A DNA stretch of 64,000 nt from Clostridiaceae bacterium (GTDB lineage Bacteria; Bacillota; Clostridia; Saccharofermentanales; DTU023), in assembly GCA_012518795.1 (NCBI GenBank), contig JAAYRL010000019.1, positions 6,719-70,718 on the forward strand. The letters run 5' to 3'. The notes under the pieces are model-generated. The model did not search any database and was not told the origin of the DNA. It saw nothing but the letters and a program-made list of their open reading frames with translations. Shown piece after piece: positions 9,245 through 19,188 of this stretch. Both the position numbers and the translations under genes were made by a program. Each line of letters starts with the position of its first letter. Position 1 is the stretch's first letter.

Positions 9245-9557
9245 TTAAAAGATCTATACCTATAGCTTTATTCACCATTTCATGCAAATAGTTCATAGCA
9301 AATTGTTTTTTGCTGCGATTTGAAGGAATCATAATTATTGCAGGTTCAATTTTCTCTTTATAATTTTCAATAATTGCAGGATTCTTTTCAGCTAAATCTT
9401 CTGTGACAAATATTAAACCATATTGCTTTTCGGATAATTCTTCAATTTTCCCATAAGCTTCAATCGGATCCTCAGTTATCACGACGGTCATTCCTAAGCC
9501 GCGAAAACCCAAAACACTATCAATATCTCCGATAACTGCTACCTTGACCAAATGCAT
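9222..9557 (-). CDS. V-type ATP synthase subunit F
   Basis: 111 aa. The segment VAVIGD.DSVLGFRGLG.. is typical of subunit F, and its operon position between C and A fits. Confidence 0.85.
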   Translation of the reverse strand: MHLVKVAVIGDIDSVLGFRGLGMTVVITEDPIEAYGKIEELSEKQYGLIFVTEDLAEKNPAIIENYKEKIEPAIIMIPSNRSKKQFAMNYLHEMVNKAIGIDLLKEDNDFK

Positions 9558-9560
9558 TGT

Positions 9561-10739
9561 CTAAACTCCTACATATGAGGGGCGTATCATTTGACCGGCA
9601 CGTTCTTGAGGTATTGAGTTAAGATGACATGCTCTGATCAAACGAATATTCCTGCGTTCCATTTCTCTAATCAAATAATAAGCTGCGACTTTTTCAACAC
9701 CGGATGCAAAACTTTTTGTTTCTCGAATTTTTTTCATCAAGTGAGAATCCGCCAATTGAGAAAAAATTGAAGCCGATCCCGGTTGGTAATAACTTCCCAT
9801 TGTTTCGGAAAAATCACCGAATCCGAAAAAATCTAATTTTTTAGATAATTCTGAATCATCTAAAGAAAATAATTCTAACCATTGCTCTTGATTTAGATTA
9901 CCTTGCAGCAAAAGCGAGCGCTGAAAAAAATCTTTATTCAAATTAAGATTTCGGCAACGAAACAATATTTCTAAATTGATTAAATCTACTTTCAACAAAT
10001 AATATTCGGTTAACCATTCTGAATTGATATCAGACAACAGGTCAATTATCTCTTGCCATAATGCTTGATTTACAACCAAGTCGACCCTACTCATATCATA
10101 GCTTTCAAGATAAATCTCTTCCGCTTGTTTAATGGTTGGTTGGAACCATTCCGGAACCTGAAAATTCATCGAATTAGACTCCTCAGTTAATTCCGTATTA
10201 TTAATGTTGTTGTTATTATCATTGTTATTATTAGTATTGTTATTGTTAGCATTATTTGCTTTTTTTGTATTTTCCGACATATTACGCACAGCAGACAAGA
10301 TTTGTTGTGGTTCCGTCAAATACGGCCGCAGCAATAAATACTCAATATCTTTAATTAATATTGATTCTTGTGCCGGCAAGATTGTCCTTAAAAAGACTTT
10401 CAGATTATGAGCATCATTAAACAACAAAAATATTTTTAGCAAAGTATAATCCGGAACAATTGAATAAATTAATTCTAAATCCGCTTGTTGTGAATTTATC
10501 AATGCCTCTTCGACAGTTTCTCCTAAATAATTAGCATTTTGAATTAAATTAAGAAATTCTGTTTGAGAATTGGTATGTAATAATTGCTGTAATTGTGAAT
10601 CGTCAAAAAACAGCTTCTCGCGTCCGGCTAAAAAACCATATGCAAAAAACCATGATCCGTTGGCTTTTTTTTCAAGATTTAGTTGACCAGCAAATATTTC
10701 AGTCATATTCTCAATTATATTTTGTGCCTTTTCAATCAC
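9561..10739 (-). CDS. ntpC: V-type ATP synthase subunit C (d-like) with Asn-rich insertion
   Basis: 392 aa, lying between E and F in the operon. It carries a low-complexity insert KKANNANNNNTNNNNDNNNNINN. Confidence 0.75.
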   Translation of the reverse strand: MIEKAQNIIENMTEIFAGQLNLEKKANGSWFFAYGFLAGREKLFFDDSQLQQLLHTNSQTEFLNLIQNANYLGETVEEALINSQQADLELIYSIVPDYTLLKIFLLFNDAHNLKVFLRTILPAQESILIKDIEYLLLRPYLTEPQQILSAVRNMSENTKKANNANNNNTNNNNDNNNNINNTELTEESNSMNFQVPEWFQPTIKQAEEIYLESYDMSRVDLVVNQALWQEIIDLLSDINSEWLTEYYLLKVDLINLEILFRCRNLNLNKDFFQRSLLLQGNLNQEQWLELFSLDDSELSKKLDFFGFGDFSETMGSYYQPGSASIFSQLADSHLMKKIRETKSFASGVEKVAAYYLIREMERRNIRLIRACHLNSIPQERAGQMIRPSYVGV

Positions 10740-10859
10740 ATTTTATAATCATCTAATTAAGTCATGCTATTTAATCAGATTATAAAACCTATTCTTTTTC
10801 TTTAGCTACTTCACACTTTTGCATTTAATAAAAATACTATTCATCAGGTAATAAAAATG

Positions 10860-11429
10860 CTATTCTGCAGTAAACAATTCGTTTGCCACAATGACCGATA
10901 ACTTTGCCCTGTTATCTCGAATAATCAAATCAAGACTCAAATTTTCTTCAATTCGATCATGCTTAACAATCATACCGCCCGATATATCAGAAATCTCCCC
11001 TGCAGAAAATTCCGGACCCAGTTTGGACAAAAGAGGATCTAATAAACTTTGTTCAGCTCTATTTAAACTTATTTCACCCGATTTAATATTTTTAGTTTGA
11101 ATTAAATCAGAATAGAACTTTATTTTTTCCTGATCCGATTGCGAGTTGAACTTATTCAACGTTAAATCAATAACTTCTTCAATCAAAAGTTGTCTGTGTT
11201 TCAGTCTTTCTTGACGCAATCTGGTTTCAATCAAACTATCCGTTCGAATTTGAATTGTTTCCTGTTCTGATGCTATCTCTTGATCAGTCAACAAATTGAT
11301 TTTTTTGATTTCTGCTTCAATTTCCGATCTTTTCCGAGCAATATCCTGATCTGCTTTTTGCAATATTTTGTCTGCTTGATCTTGAGCTTCAGATAAGATT
11401 ACTTCAATTATTTTATCTATCTTATCCAT
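10860..11429 (-). CDS. ntpE: V-type ATP synthase subunit E
   Basis: 189 aa. It has a charged coiled-coil N-terminus, and its position and size fit subunit E. Confidence 0.8.
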   Translation of the reverse strand: MDKIDKIIEVILSEAQDQADKILQKADQDIARKRSEIEAEIKKINLLTDQEIASEQETIQIRTDSLIETRLRQERLKHRQLLIEEVIDLTLNKFNSQSDQEKIKFYSDLIQTKNIKSGEISLNRAEQSLLDPLLSKLGPEFSAGEISDISGGMIVKHDRIEENLSLDLIIRDNRAKLSVIVANELFTAE

Positions 11430-11441
11430 ATATCCTCCGGA

Positions 11442-11927
11442 TTAAGACAAGCTGAAAATAGCTAATACAGAAGCTAACAGAGCGAAGATCGCATATGTTT
11501 CAACAACAACCGCCAGAACTATGACTCTTGCATGTTGATCACTACGTTTCGCAATCAAAGAGATGCCGGTTTCACAGACTTTTGCCTGATACAGTGCAGA
11601 AATATAACCTACAATAGTAATTGGTAAAGATGCAGCTATCCAAAGCAATCCCTGATACCAAGTAATATCAGCAGAAAATCCCAATTCCATTAAACCGGAA
11701 CGAGTTAAAATCAAAAATAATGTCAATAGTCCGTAAATGCCTTGTGTTCCCGGTAAAGCCTGTAAAATCAATGCTCTGCCGAATAGTTCAGGTTGTTCGG
11801 TAAGTACTCCGTTAATTGTTTGCCCTAATCGGGAAACTGCTTTTGCAGAACCTAAACCCGGGAGAAAAGCAGCCATTGCTGCTGCTAACAGAGTAAGAAA
11901 CGGTCCTAATTTTTCTAAGACTACCAT
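11442..11927 (-). CDS. ntpK: V-type ATP synthase subunit K (16-kDa double-hairpin proteolipid)
   Basis: 161 aa with four predicted TM helices. It carries LPGTQG, Q in ..LYQAKV.. and VETYAIF, which match the E. hirae NtpK ion-site residues. Confidence 0.9.
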   Translation of the reverse strand: MVVLEKLGPFLTLLAAAMAAFLPGLGSAKAVSRLGQTINGVLTEQPELFGRALILQALPGTQGIYGLLTLFLILTRSGLMELGFSADITWYQGLLWIAASLPITIVGYISALYQAKVCETGISLIAKRSDQHARVIVLAVVVETYAIFALLASVLAIFSLS

Positions 11928-12038
11928 GATAACCTCCTAGAATAATATTTATTATTTACTTTTTTCTAATCTATTTAATCTTAATTGCTTAATTTTAAGT
12001 AATCTTAATCGCTTAATTTTAAGCTATTAATTAATAAG

Positions 12039-14027
12039 TTATTCATCATTTTTTTTGATCTTCAAATATTTCGTTTTATATTTTAAAGGCTTGAAAAACC
12101 ATCCGCCACCTTCAAAAAATTGTCCGAAAAATTCAACATATTGCAAACGACTGGAATGTACATATGCCGAAAGTCCCGAGAGTGCCAAATTCAAAAGATG
12201 CCCACCGATCAAAATAACCACGGCAAAAAACCAACCGATTATTCCGCCTGACACCATACTTGCTAGAAAGTTTATAACAGTTGCAATTACACTGGTAGCC
12301 AGTACCAATGCCAATACTCTGGTATAAGACAGAATATCACCCAGATAATTGACTACTCCATACAGTCCGCCGATCCCAGAAATCAAACGCGAAAAAATGT
12401 TTTTCTTTTCTCGGCCGGCAAATAACATTACGATTGCAGCACCGACAAGTGCCAGCCATTTACCGACTTCACCGACGTCAAATGTGCTTATATTAAGTGA
12501 TGATCCTCCAAGCAATAGACCTAAACCGATAATTATTAAAAACCAGGGAATAACATCAAAAAACACATTAGAAATCTTTCCGAATTTTATTTCATTAATG
12601 ATTTTCATTATCATGCCGCCAAATAGATGAATCACTCCAAAAATCATGCTCCAAATTAATAATTTTTGCGGTTCATCCATCGGATTAAACCATAAACAAG
12701 GGAATGTAATTCTGTTGTCGCTCATCACAGTTAGCATATCTCCGAAGAAACCACCGAAAACAAATCCCCACAAAGTAGAGGAAATTCCACAAAGAAACAA
12801 CATTCGCACTAACTGACCACTTTCGGAAGAGGTGTCTATTTTTGCTTTCCAAAGTAAATAGGCACAACCAATAGTTAACAGTAAACCGTATCCGACATCG
12901 CTTAACATCATTCCAAAAAACAGGAAACTGAAAATAGCCACTCCCGGTGTGGGATCAATTTCTTTGGTTGATGGAGCACCGAACATTTCAAGAATAGTTT
13001 GAAAAGCACCGGCAAAAGGTTTGTTTTTTAATAAAATCGGATATTCATCTTCGGGTCCCAGCTCAATTAGTTCAACAAAAACTGTGAAATCATCTTCTAG
13101 ATTTTGCTTGACTTTACGTGAATCTTTGCGAGGAATATAACCTTCCAAATAAAAGGTATAAAGACTGTCTTCAGGTATTTTACTGGCAGAATAATATTCT
13201 AAAGTTACTGTGTAATAATCCGATAATAAATAAAAGTCCAAACGTTTTGCAGCAATTGACTTCATCGTTGTTTCAAGTTCAATCATGGTTGAATCAATTT
13301 TCTTGATTTTGCGTTCATTAGATCGATAAATTTGATTAGGCGTACCTGATTTTTCAATCGGTAAATAATTAAAATCGTACTGCTTCAACAATTGGTTGAT
13401 TGCTAATTCATGTTCACGTAATGCTACAATTGCAGTTAAATCAAAAGTTTCACCCGATTCCAAAATAAGAATTGCCGTTTCAGCTAGAGAAAGTTCAGTT
13501 AACTCCTGTTCCAAATCTGATACTGCGGATTTCTCCAAGCGACCGAGAAAAATTAAAGTGCGTTGTGTTGAGGTTTGTTGCAAATCGATTTCAACCTTAC
13601 GCCAGTCATTTAAAATATCCTGTTCACGTTGAATTTGTTCTCGTTCAGCTGCTAAATCTATCTTGCGTTCTTCGGTTAACTTCAACAGATCAAACAAATC
13701 TAAAAACTCTTTTTCACGATCTTTTACCATTAATAAATCGTCCAGAGAAATTTTTTTGTCTGTAGATTCTTGCGGAACATTAGCATATTTATTTTCAAGT
13801 GTTTGAATTACAGAATTTAGTTGAGTTTGATTTATCAAAATTTCTGCTTCTTTTTTCTGCAATGCGAGCCTCTGTTCGGTTTCATCAACTTGACTCGAAG
13901 ATTCCGAGTTGAGAACACGAGTATCGATTAATTCAACCACTCCTTCTTTTTGTAAAAATTGTAATACAGTGGCCTTATCTCTACGCAAACCCAATATTTT
14001 GATTTTGTCCATTTCAAGAATTGCCAA
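12039..14027 (-). CDS. ntpI: V-type ATP synthase subunit I (a-like stator/channel)
   Basis: 662 aa. It has a soluble coiled-coil N-terminal half and a polytopic C-terminal half containing ..LSYTRVLAL... Confidence 0.9.
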   Translation of the reverse strand: MAILEMDKIKILGLRRDKATVLQFLQKEGVVELIDTRVLNSESSSQVDETEQRLALQKKEAEILINQTQLNSVIQTLENKYANVPQESTDKKISLDDLLMVKDREKEFLDLFDLLKLTEERKIDLAAEREQIQREQDILNDWRKVEIDLQQTSTQRTLIFLGRLEKSAVSDLEQELTELSLAETAILILESGETFDLTAIVALREHELAINQLLKQYDFNYLPIEKSGTPNQIYRSNERKIKKIDSTMIELETTMKSIAAKRLDFYLLSDYYTVTLEYYSASKIPEDSLYTFYLEGYIPRKDSRKVKQNLEDDFTVFVELIELGPEDEYPILLKNKPFAGAFQTILEMFGAPSTKEIDPTPGVAIFSFLFFGMMLSDVGYGLLLTIGCAYLLWKAKIDTSSESGQLVRMLFLCGISSTLWGFVFGGFFGDMLTVMSDNRITFPCLWFNPMDEPQKLLIWSMIFGVIHLFGGMIMKIINEIKFGKISNVFFDVIPWFLIIIGLGLLLGGSSLNISTFDVGEVGKWLALVGAAIVMLFAGREKKNIFSRLISGIGGLYGVVNYLGDILSYTRVLALVLATSVIATVINFLASMVSGGIIGWFFAVVILIGGHLLNLALSGLSAYVHSSRLQYVEFFGQFFEGGGWFFKPLKYKTKYLKIKKNDE

Positions 14028-14331
14028 GTAGATTCACTATCCCTTCTAAAACCTGATCGGCTACCCGACTTTTCTCTTCAGAACTGATTTCAGGTAAAGT
14101 TAAATTTGCTAAGCTTTGCTCTAAATCCTGATTCGACTTGGTTTCCGCATTAATAACAGCAGTTCGCAACTTTTGATCTGCCTCTGCCCGAACTGTTTCA
14201 AGCTGTTTAATCAACTTGCCGTTCATATACTCGAGCTTGCTTTTTGCATCTATTTCTGCTGCCTGAACAATCTGTTCGGCTTGCAGTTCTGCTTCTTTTA
14301 TCTGTTGGACAAAATCTATATCTATACTCAC
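14014..14331 (-). CDS. V-type ATP synthase subunit G/H-like (E. hirae NtpF-like) peripheral stalk protein
   Basis: It is the first gene of the operon and is charged and coiled-coil. The ORF track starts at 14376, but a GTG at 14331 preceded by GAGG at 5-6 nt is the more plausible start. Confidence 0.6.
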   Translation of the reverse strand: MSIDIDFVQQIKEAELQAEQIVQAAEIDAKSKLEYMNGKLIKQLETVRAEADQKLRTAVINAETKSNQDLEQSLANLTLPEISSEEKSRVADQVLEGIVNLLGNS

Positions 14332-14544
14332 ATTAACCTCATCTATTTCGAGAAGTACCATAAGTAATAATAACATAACCTTTATTTTAATAAAAAAACT
14401 ATTTATTAAATTTTATTATCAAATTTTATTATCAAATTTTACGTTTTTCTTCTTTGCTCTCAACCTTGGAAATTTACTCAGAAATTGAGAATCTCAAATC
14501 GAATTTTTCACAGCATTAAATTCTGAGCAGAAATCGGTATTGGC

Positions 14545-15175
14545 ATTTGGCTTGCACACTTTTTAAGGTTGTCCCGGATTTTCGCGGTACAGGCTTAAAT
14601 AGTGTGCATGCCCTTTGGTTAAATCGACTTTTCTGAGTTGCATATGCACACTTTTTAAGGTTGTCCCGGATTTTCACTGTACAGGCTTAAATAGTGTGCA
14701 TGCCCCTCGGTTAAATCGACTTTTTCGAGTTGCATATGCACACTTTCTAAGCTTGTCCCGGATTTTCGCGGTACAGGCTTAAATAGTGTGCATGCCCCTT
14801 GGTTAAATCGACTTTTTCGAGTTGTATATGCACACTTTTTAAGCTTGTCCCGGATTTTCGCGGTACAGGCTTAAATAGTGTGCATGCCCCTCGGTTAAAT
14901 CGACTTTTCTGAGTTGCATATGCACACTTTTTAAGCTTGTCCCGGATTTTCGCGGTACAGGCTTAAATAGTGTGCATGCCCCTCGGTTAAACCGACTTTT
15001 TCGAGTTGCATATGCACACTTTCTAAGCTTGTCCCGGATTTTCGCGGTACAGGCTTAAATAGTGTGCATGCCCTTTGGTTAAATCGACTTTTCTGAGTTG
15101 CATATGCACACTTTTTAAGGTTGTCCTGGATTTTCACTGTACAGGCTTAAATAGTGTGCATGCCCTTTGGTTAAA
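14545..15175. repeat. Array of seven 92-bp direct repeats, each containing a hairpin with a stem of about 21 bp
   Basis: GCACAC unit anchors lie at 14554, 14646, 14738, 14830, 14922, 15014 and 15106, an exact 92-bp period. The arms are ATGCACACTTT(T/C)TAAG(G/C)TTGT and ACAGGCTTAAATAGTGTGCAT. The loop is CCCGGATTTTC(GC/AC)(G/T)GT. Confidence 0.95.
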
Positions 15176-15208
15176 TTTAATTTTAATATTTATATATATT
15201 ATTTCATA

Positions 15209-17764
15209 TTATTTTTTACTAATTACAATTTGATCATCTTGAACGTCAATTAATGCAGTATCACCTTCCGCAATAATATCATCCAGCATCGCTTCCGAGA
15301 ATTTGTCTTCTATCGAGGATTGAATCAATCGACGTAACGGTCTGGCACCGTATTGCGGCTCATAACCGTTCTTTACCAGCCATTCTTTTGCTTGATCGGT
15401 GACTTCAATTTGGATACCGATATCAGCAATTCTTTTTTCAAGTTGTCGCAGCATAATATTCACAATTTGTAACAATGCTTCTTGAGACAACATCGTAAAG
15501 AAAATCAGTTCATCAATCCTATTCAGGAATTCAGGAGGAAAAGTATTTTTGACTTCTTCCATAATTAATTCTTTAGCTTCTTCATAACTTCTGCCACCAT
15601 ATAGATTTTGGTCAATTTGAGCTGTATCTTCTTGATCATCATTTACAGGTGCTGCAAAACCGATCTTTCCACCACTACTTGAAGTTAAAAGACGTGCTCC
15701 GATGTTTGATGTCATGATTATTATCGTATTCTTAAAATCAATTGTCCGCCCTTGACCGTCAGTTAAACGACCATCTTCCAAGACTTGTAATAAAACATTG
15801 AATACATCCGGATGAGCTTTTTCAATTTCATCAAATAATATCACCGTATATGGTCTTCTTCTGACTTTTTCTGTTAACTGACCACCTTCTTCGTAACCGA
15901 CATAACCCGGAGGCGATCCGATCAGCTTAGAGACGTCAAATTTTTCCATATATTCAGACATATCGATTCTGACCATTGCATTTTCATCACCGAACATTGT
16001 ATCTGCTAAAGCTTTCGCCAGTTCAGTTTTACCGACACCTGTCGTACCTAAGAAAACGAAAGAACCTGTTGGACGATTAGGATTTTTTAAACCCAGTCTG
16101 CCCCTGCGAATTGCTTTTGCAACTGCCGTCACTGCTTCATCTTGACCGATAACTCGTTTTTTGAGTTCAGCTTCCAGATTTTTCATTTTTTCATGATCAT
16201 CTTCAGTCAACTTCATTACAGGAATTCCGGTCCAAGAGGCAACAATTTCCGCAATATCATCAACACTGATTTCCGGTCGTTCCGTCACTTCTGCTTTATC
16301 TTTTTCAGCTATTGCTGCATCAATCTCTGATTTTAATTTGTTTTCTTCTTGCAGTAATTTGGCAGCTTGTTCGAATTCTTCTTTTTGTACTGCTGTTTCT
16401 TTTTCCTGAATAATCTTTGCCAAGGCTTCCTCTTTATCCTTCAAGTCTTGTGGTTCTTCCGAAATACTCATCCTAATTTTCGATGAAGCTTCATCAATTA
16501 AGTCAATTGCTTTATCCGGTAAAAATCTATCTGTAATATACCTGCTGGATAATTTAACCGCCTCTTCAATTGCTTCATCAGTAATTACAACTTTATGATG
16601 ATCTTCATATTTTTTTCTTAAACCGCTCAAAATGCGAATTGATTCTTCTTCACTCGGTTCATCAATCATTACAGGTTGAAATCTTCTGGCTAAAGCAGCA
16701 TCTTTTTCTATGTTTTTTCTATATTCATCAATAGTTGTTGCCCCGATTACCTGCATTTCGCCTCTTGCCAGCATCGGTTTCAAGATATTTGAAGCGTCCA
16801 TGGCACCTTCAGATGCTCCTGCGCCGATTATAGTATGCAATTCATCAATAAACAGAATTACATCACCGGCTTTTACTGCCTCATCAATGCCGTTTTTCAG
16901 ACGCTCTTCGAATTCACCTCGGTATTTTGCACCGGCCAACATACCGGAGAGATCAAGTGAAAAGAGCCGTTTGTTTTTCAAAAGATCAGGTACATCATCT
17001 GCGGCAATTTTTTGAGCTAAGCCTTCAGCAATAGCAGTTTTGCCTACACCGGGCTCACCTATCAGTACCGGATTGTTTTTGGTTCTGCGACAAAGAATTT
17101 GCATTGAACGCATTATCTCTTCATCACGACCAATAATCGGATCGAATCCGTCATTTCTTGCCACTTCCGTAAAATCTATCCCAAATTGATCCAAAGTCGG
17201 TGTTGAACTGTTTCTTGTACCGGCCTGTCCGGATGAACTGGATTTACCTGTTAAATCCGGTCCTTCAGGATTATTTGCCAGCTGGCCGAACAGGCTGCCG
17301 AAGAAAGAACTGCCAAAACTTTGAATAATCTCGGCATAAAGTTTTTGAATACTAATATTAGCACCACGCAGAATTCTAACTGCAACACTATCTCCTTCTC
17401 TTAAAATTCCTAATAACAGATGCTCAGGCTCTACCGCAGGTACATTCCGTGCATTTGCTTCTCTGGCAGCCAAGTTCAGAACCTGCTTCGTTCTGGGCGT
17501 CATCATCTGGTAAATCTGATCGCCACTCAGCTTAATATCACCAGAAAAATCTTTTGGTTCTTGTTTATTGAATTGATTCAAGACTTCCGTTATATTTTCG
17601 ACAGTTAAATTATACTTTTTCAGAATTTGACCGGCTTTCCCATCTTCCACCAGAATCCCTTTTAATAAATGCTCCGTTCCAATATATTCTACTCCGTAAG
17701 ATCTTGCTGTTTTATATGCTTCGGCAAGCACTTTACCGGAACGTTCAGATAACTTTATCATCAT
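15209..17764 (-). CDS. clpC: ATP-dependent Clp protease ATP-binding subunit ClpC
   Basis: It has Clp_N repeats and two AAA+ modules ([16 protein letters not shown]). The ORF track starts at 17785. An ATG at 17764 with a GGAGG RBS is the likelier start. Confidence 0.95.
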   Translation of the reverse strand: MMIKLSERSGKVLAEAYKTARSYGVEYIGTEHLLKGILVEDGKAGQILKKYNLTVENITEVLNQFNKQEPKDFSGDIKLSGDQIYQMMTPRTKQVLNLAAREANARNVPAVEPEHLLLGILREGDSVAVRILRGANISIQKLYAEIIQSFGSSFFGSLFGQLANNPEGPDLTGKSSSSGQAGTRNSSTPTLDQFGIDFTEVARNDGFDPIIGRDEEIMRSMQILCRRTKNNPVLIGEPGVGKTAIAEGLAQKIAADDVPDLLKNKRLFSLDLSGMLAGAKYRGEFEERLKNGIDEAVKAGDVILFIDELHTIIGAGASEGAMDASNILKPMLARGEMQVIGATTIDEYRKNIEKDAALARRFQPVMIDEPSEEESIRILSGLRKKYEDHHKVVITDEAIEEAVKLSSRYITDRFLPDKAIDLIDEASSKIRMSISEEPQDLKDKEEALAKIIQEKETAVQKEEFEQAAKLLQEENKLKSEIDAAIAEKDKAEVTERPEISVDDIAEIVASWTGIPVMKLTEDDHEKMKNLEAELKKRVIGQDEAVTAVAKAIRRGRLGLKNPNRPTGSFVFLGTTGVGKTELAKALADTMFGDENAMVRIDMSEYMEKFDVSKLIGSPPGYVGYEEGGQLTEKVRRRPYTVILFDEIEKAHPDVFNVLLQVLEDGRLTDGQGRTIDFKNTIIIMTSNIGARLLTSSSGGKIGFAAPVNDDQEDTAQIDQNLYGGRSYEEAKELIMEEVKNTFPPEFLNRIDELIFFTMLSQEALLQIVNIMLRQLEKRIADIGIQIEVTDQAKEWLVKNGYEPQYGARPLRRLIQSSIEDKFSEAMLDDIIAEGDTALIDVQDDQIVISKK

Positions 17765-17791
17765 ATCTATTTCCTCCATTTTCACATATTA

Positions 17792-18131
17792 TTAATGTTT
17801 TATTATTAATTTCAAATTGTTTTTATTTTTTGTTTTAATCCTTTTAAATTTTAGATAGTTTTAAATCATAGTTAATGGTCTTTATTAATTCCAAATTGTT
17901 TTTATTTTTTTGTTTTAATCCTTTTAAAATATAGAAAGTTTTAAATCATAGTTAATGGTCTTTATTAGTTCCAAATTGTTTTTACTTTTTTGTTTTAATC
18001 CTTTTAAATTTTAGATAGTTTTAAATCATAGTTAATGTTCTTTATTATTTCCAAATTGTTTTTACTTTTTTGTTTTAATCCTTTTAAATTTTAAATAGTT
18101 TTAAATCATTGTTAATGGTCTTTATTATTTA
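17792..18131. repeat. 80-bp tandem repeat (4 intergenic copies) whose unit begins with a copy of the mcsB 3' end
   Basis: TTAATG(G/T)T.TTTATTA units start at 17792, 17872, 17952, 18032 and 18112. The unit at 18112 is the real mcsB terminus (NNKDH-stop). Confidence 0.9.
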
Positions 18132-19188
18132 TAAAATCAGCAAAATACTTTTTAATCAATTTTGCTCTGGCAATATCTCTCTGTTCACTATTCAAGATTT
18201 GCCCTTCTTTTTTCTGAATAGATCCTACACCGATTAAATAAGTCAGGGTTAAAATATCAGTATAATCCGGAAATCCCTCAAAGCCTAAAGCACGACCTAA
18301 ACGCACATCACTTAAACAATTAAATGCCTCTTCATGTCCAATCAAATATGCATTACTTAAAATTGCTTTGGAGCGGTAAATTTTATCCTGTAATTTAATT
18401 TGCTCACGTTCATACCAATGTTTTCTGGCTTCACGTTCTTGTTTTATAAAAACACTCAATATTGTTTTAAATTGATTTACTAATTCCTGATCTGTCTTGC
18501 CTAATGTAATTTGGTTTGATATTTGCAACATTTGACCTTGTTCGGAACTACCTTCACCATAGTAACCTCTAACTGTGAAACCTGATCGCCGCAAAGAATC
18601 AATCATATATTTTAATTGATTTAAATACTCTAAGCCGGGAACATGCAGGAGCGCAGATATTCTAAGTCCCGTTCCTACATTGGTCGGACAGGCTGTCAAA
18701 TAACCGAATTCCTGATCACAAGCTATTTCTAAAACACTTTCCAATGCTACAGCCAAATTTTTCGCTTGTACAAAAGCCTGATCCGGACTAAATCCGGCCT
18801 TAATAGCTTGAATTCTCAAATGATCTTCATCCAGAATCAGTACACTCAAATCTTCATTCTGATTTATTAACAATGATTTATTCTGTTTTGAATTAATCAA
18901 TTGCGGGCTGATTAGATGCCTTTCCGCTAAACTTTGTTTATCAATCAAATTCATACTGTTCAATTCGACCATATGAAAAGATTTCGGATCAAGTCTTTGT
19001 ACTGCCGTAACAACTTCATTGGTCAATTCGGCAGTCTTTTCACTATTTAGCAAATGGGGAAATTTATAACCCTTAATATTGCGGGCAAAACGTACTCTTG
19101 TACTGATTACCACATCCTGATCAGCTCCATGTTCTTCGTACCAACTCATATTATTTTTCATCTCCTTCAGATTCAATTTCAGATTCAA
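18112..19188 (-). CDS. mcsB: protein arginine kinase McsB
   Basis: It has a phosphagen-kinase-like domain (ISTRVRFARN, CPTNVGTGLR). The start is uncertain: 19188, or the ATG at 19149 just after the mcsA stop. Confidence 0.9.
   Translation of the reverse strand: MNLKLNLKEMKNNMSWYEEHGADQDVVISTRVRFARNIKGYKFPHLLNSEKTAELTNEVVTAVQRLDPKSFHMVELNSMNLIDKQSLAERHLISPQLINSKQNKSLLINQNEDLSVLILDEDHLRIQAIKAGFSPDQAFVQAKNLAVALESVLEIACDQEFGYLTACPTNVGTGLRISALLHVPGLEYLNQLKYMIDSLRRSGFTVRGYYGEGSSEQGQMLQISNQITLGKTDQELVNQFKTILSVFIKQEREARKHWYEREQIKLQDKIYRSKAILSNAYLIGHEEAFNCLSDVRLGRALGFEGFPDYTDILTLTYLIGVGSIQKKEGQILNSEQRDIARAKLIKKYFADFINNKDH

Noticed and set aside
14931-15137. A 68-aa ORF (minus strand) lies inside the 92-bp repeat array, and a similar 63-aa ORF lies at 62165-62356 (plus strand).
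   Set aside because: Both lie wholly within repeat units, have no RBS, and have periodic sequence that simply mirrors the DNA repeat. They are artefacts of stop-free repeat frames.
14545-15175. A CRISPR array was considered because of regularly spaced palindromic repeats.
   Set aside because: The segments between the hairpins are as conserved as the hairpins, so there are no unique spacers. The 92-bp period comes from a single repeated unit, and no cas genes or leader are present.
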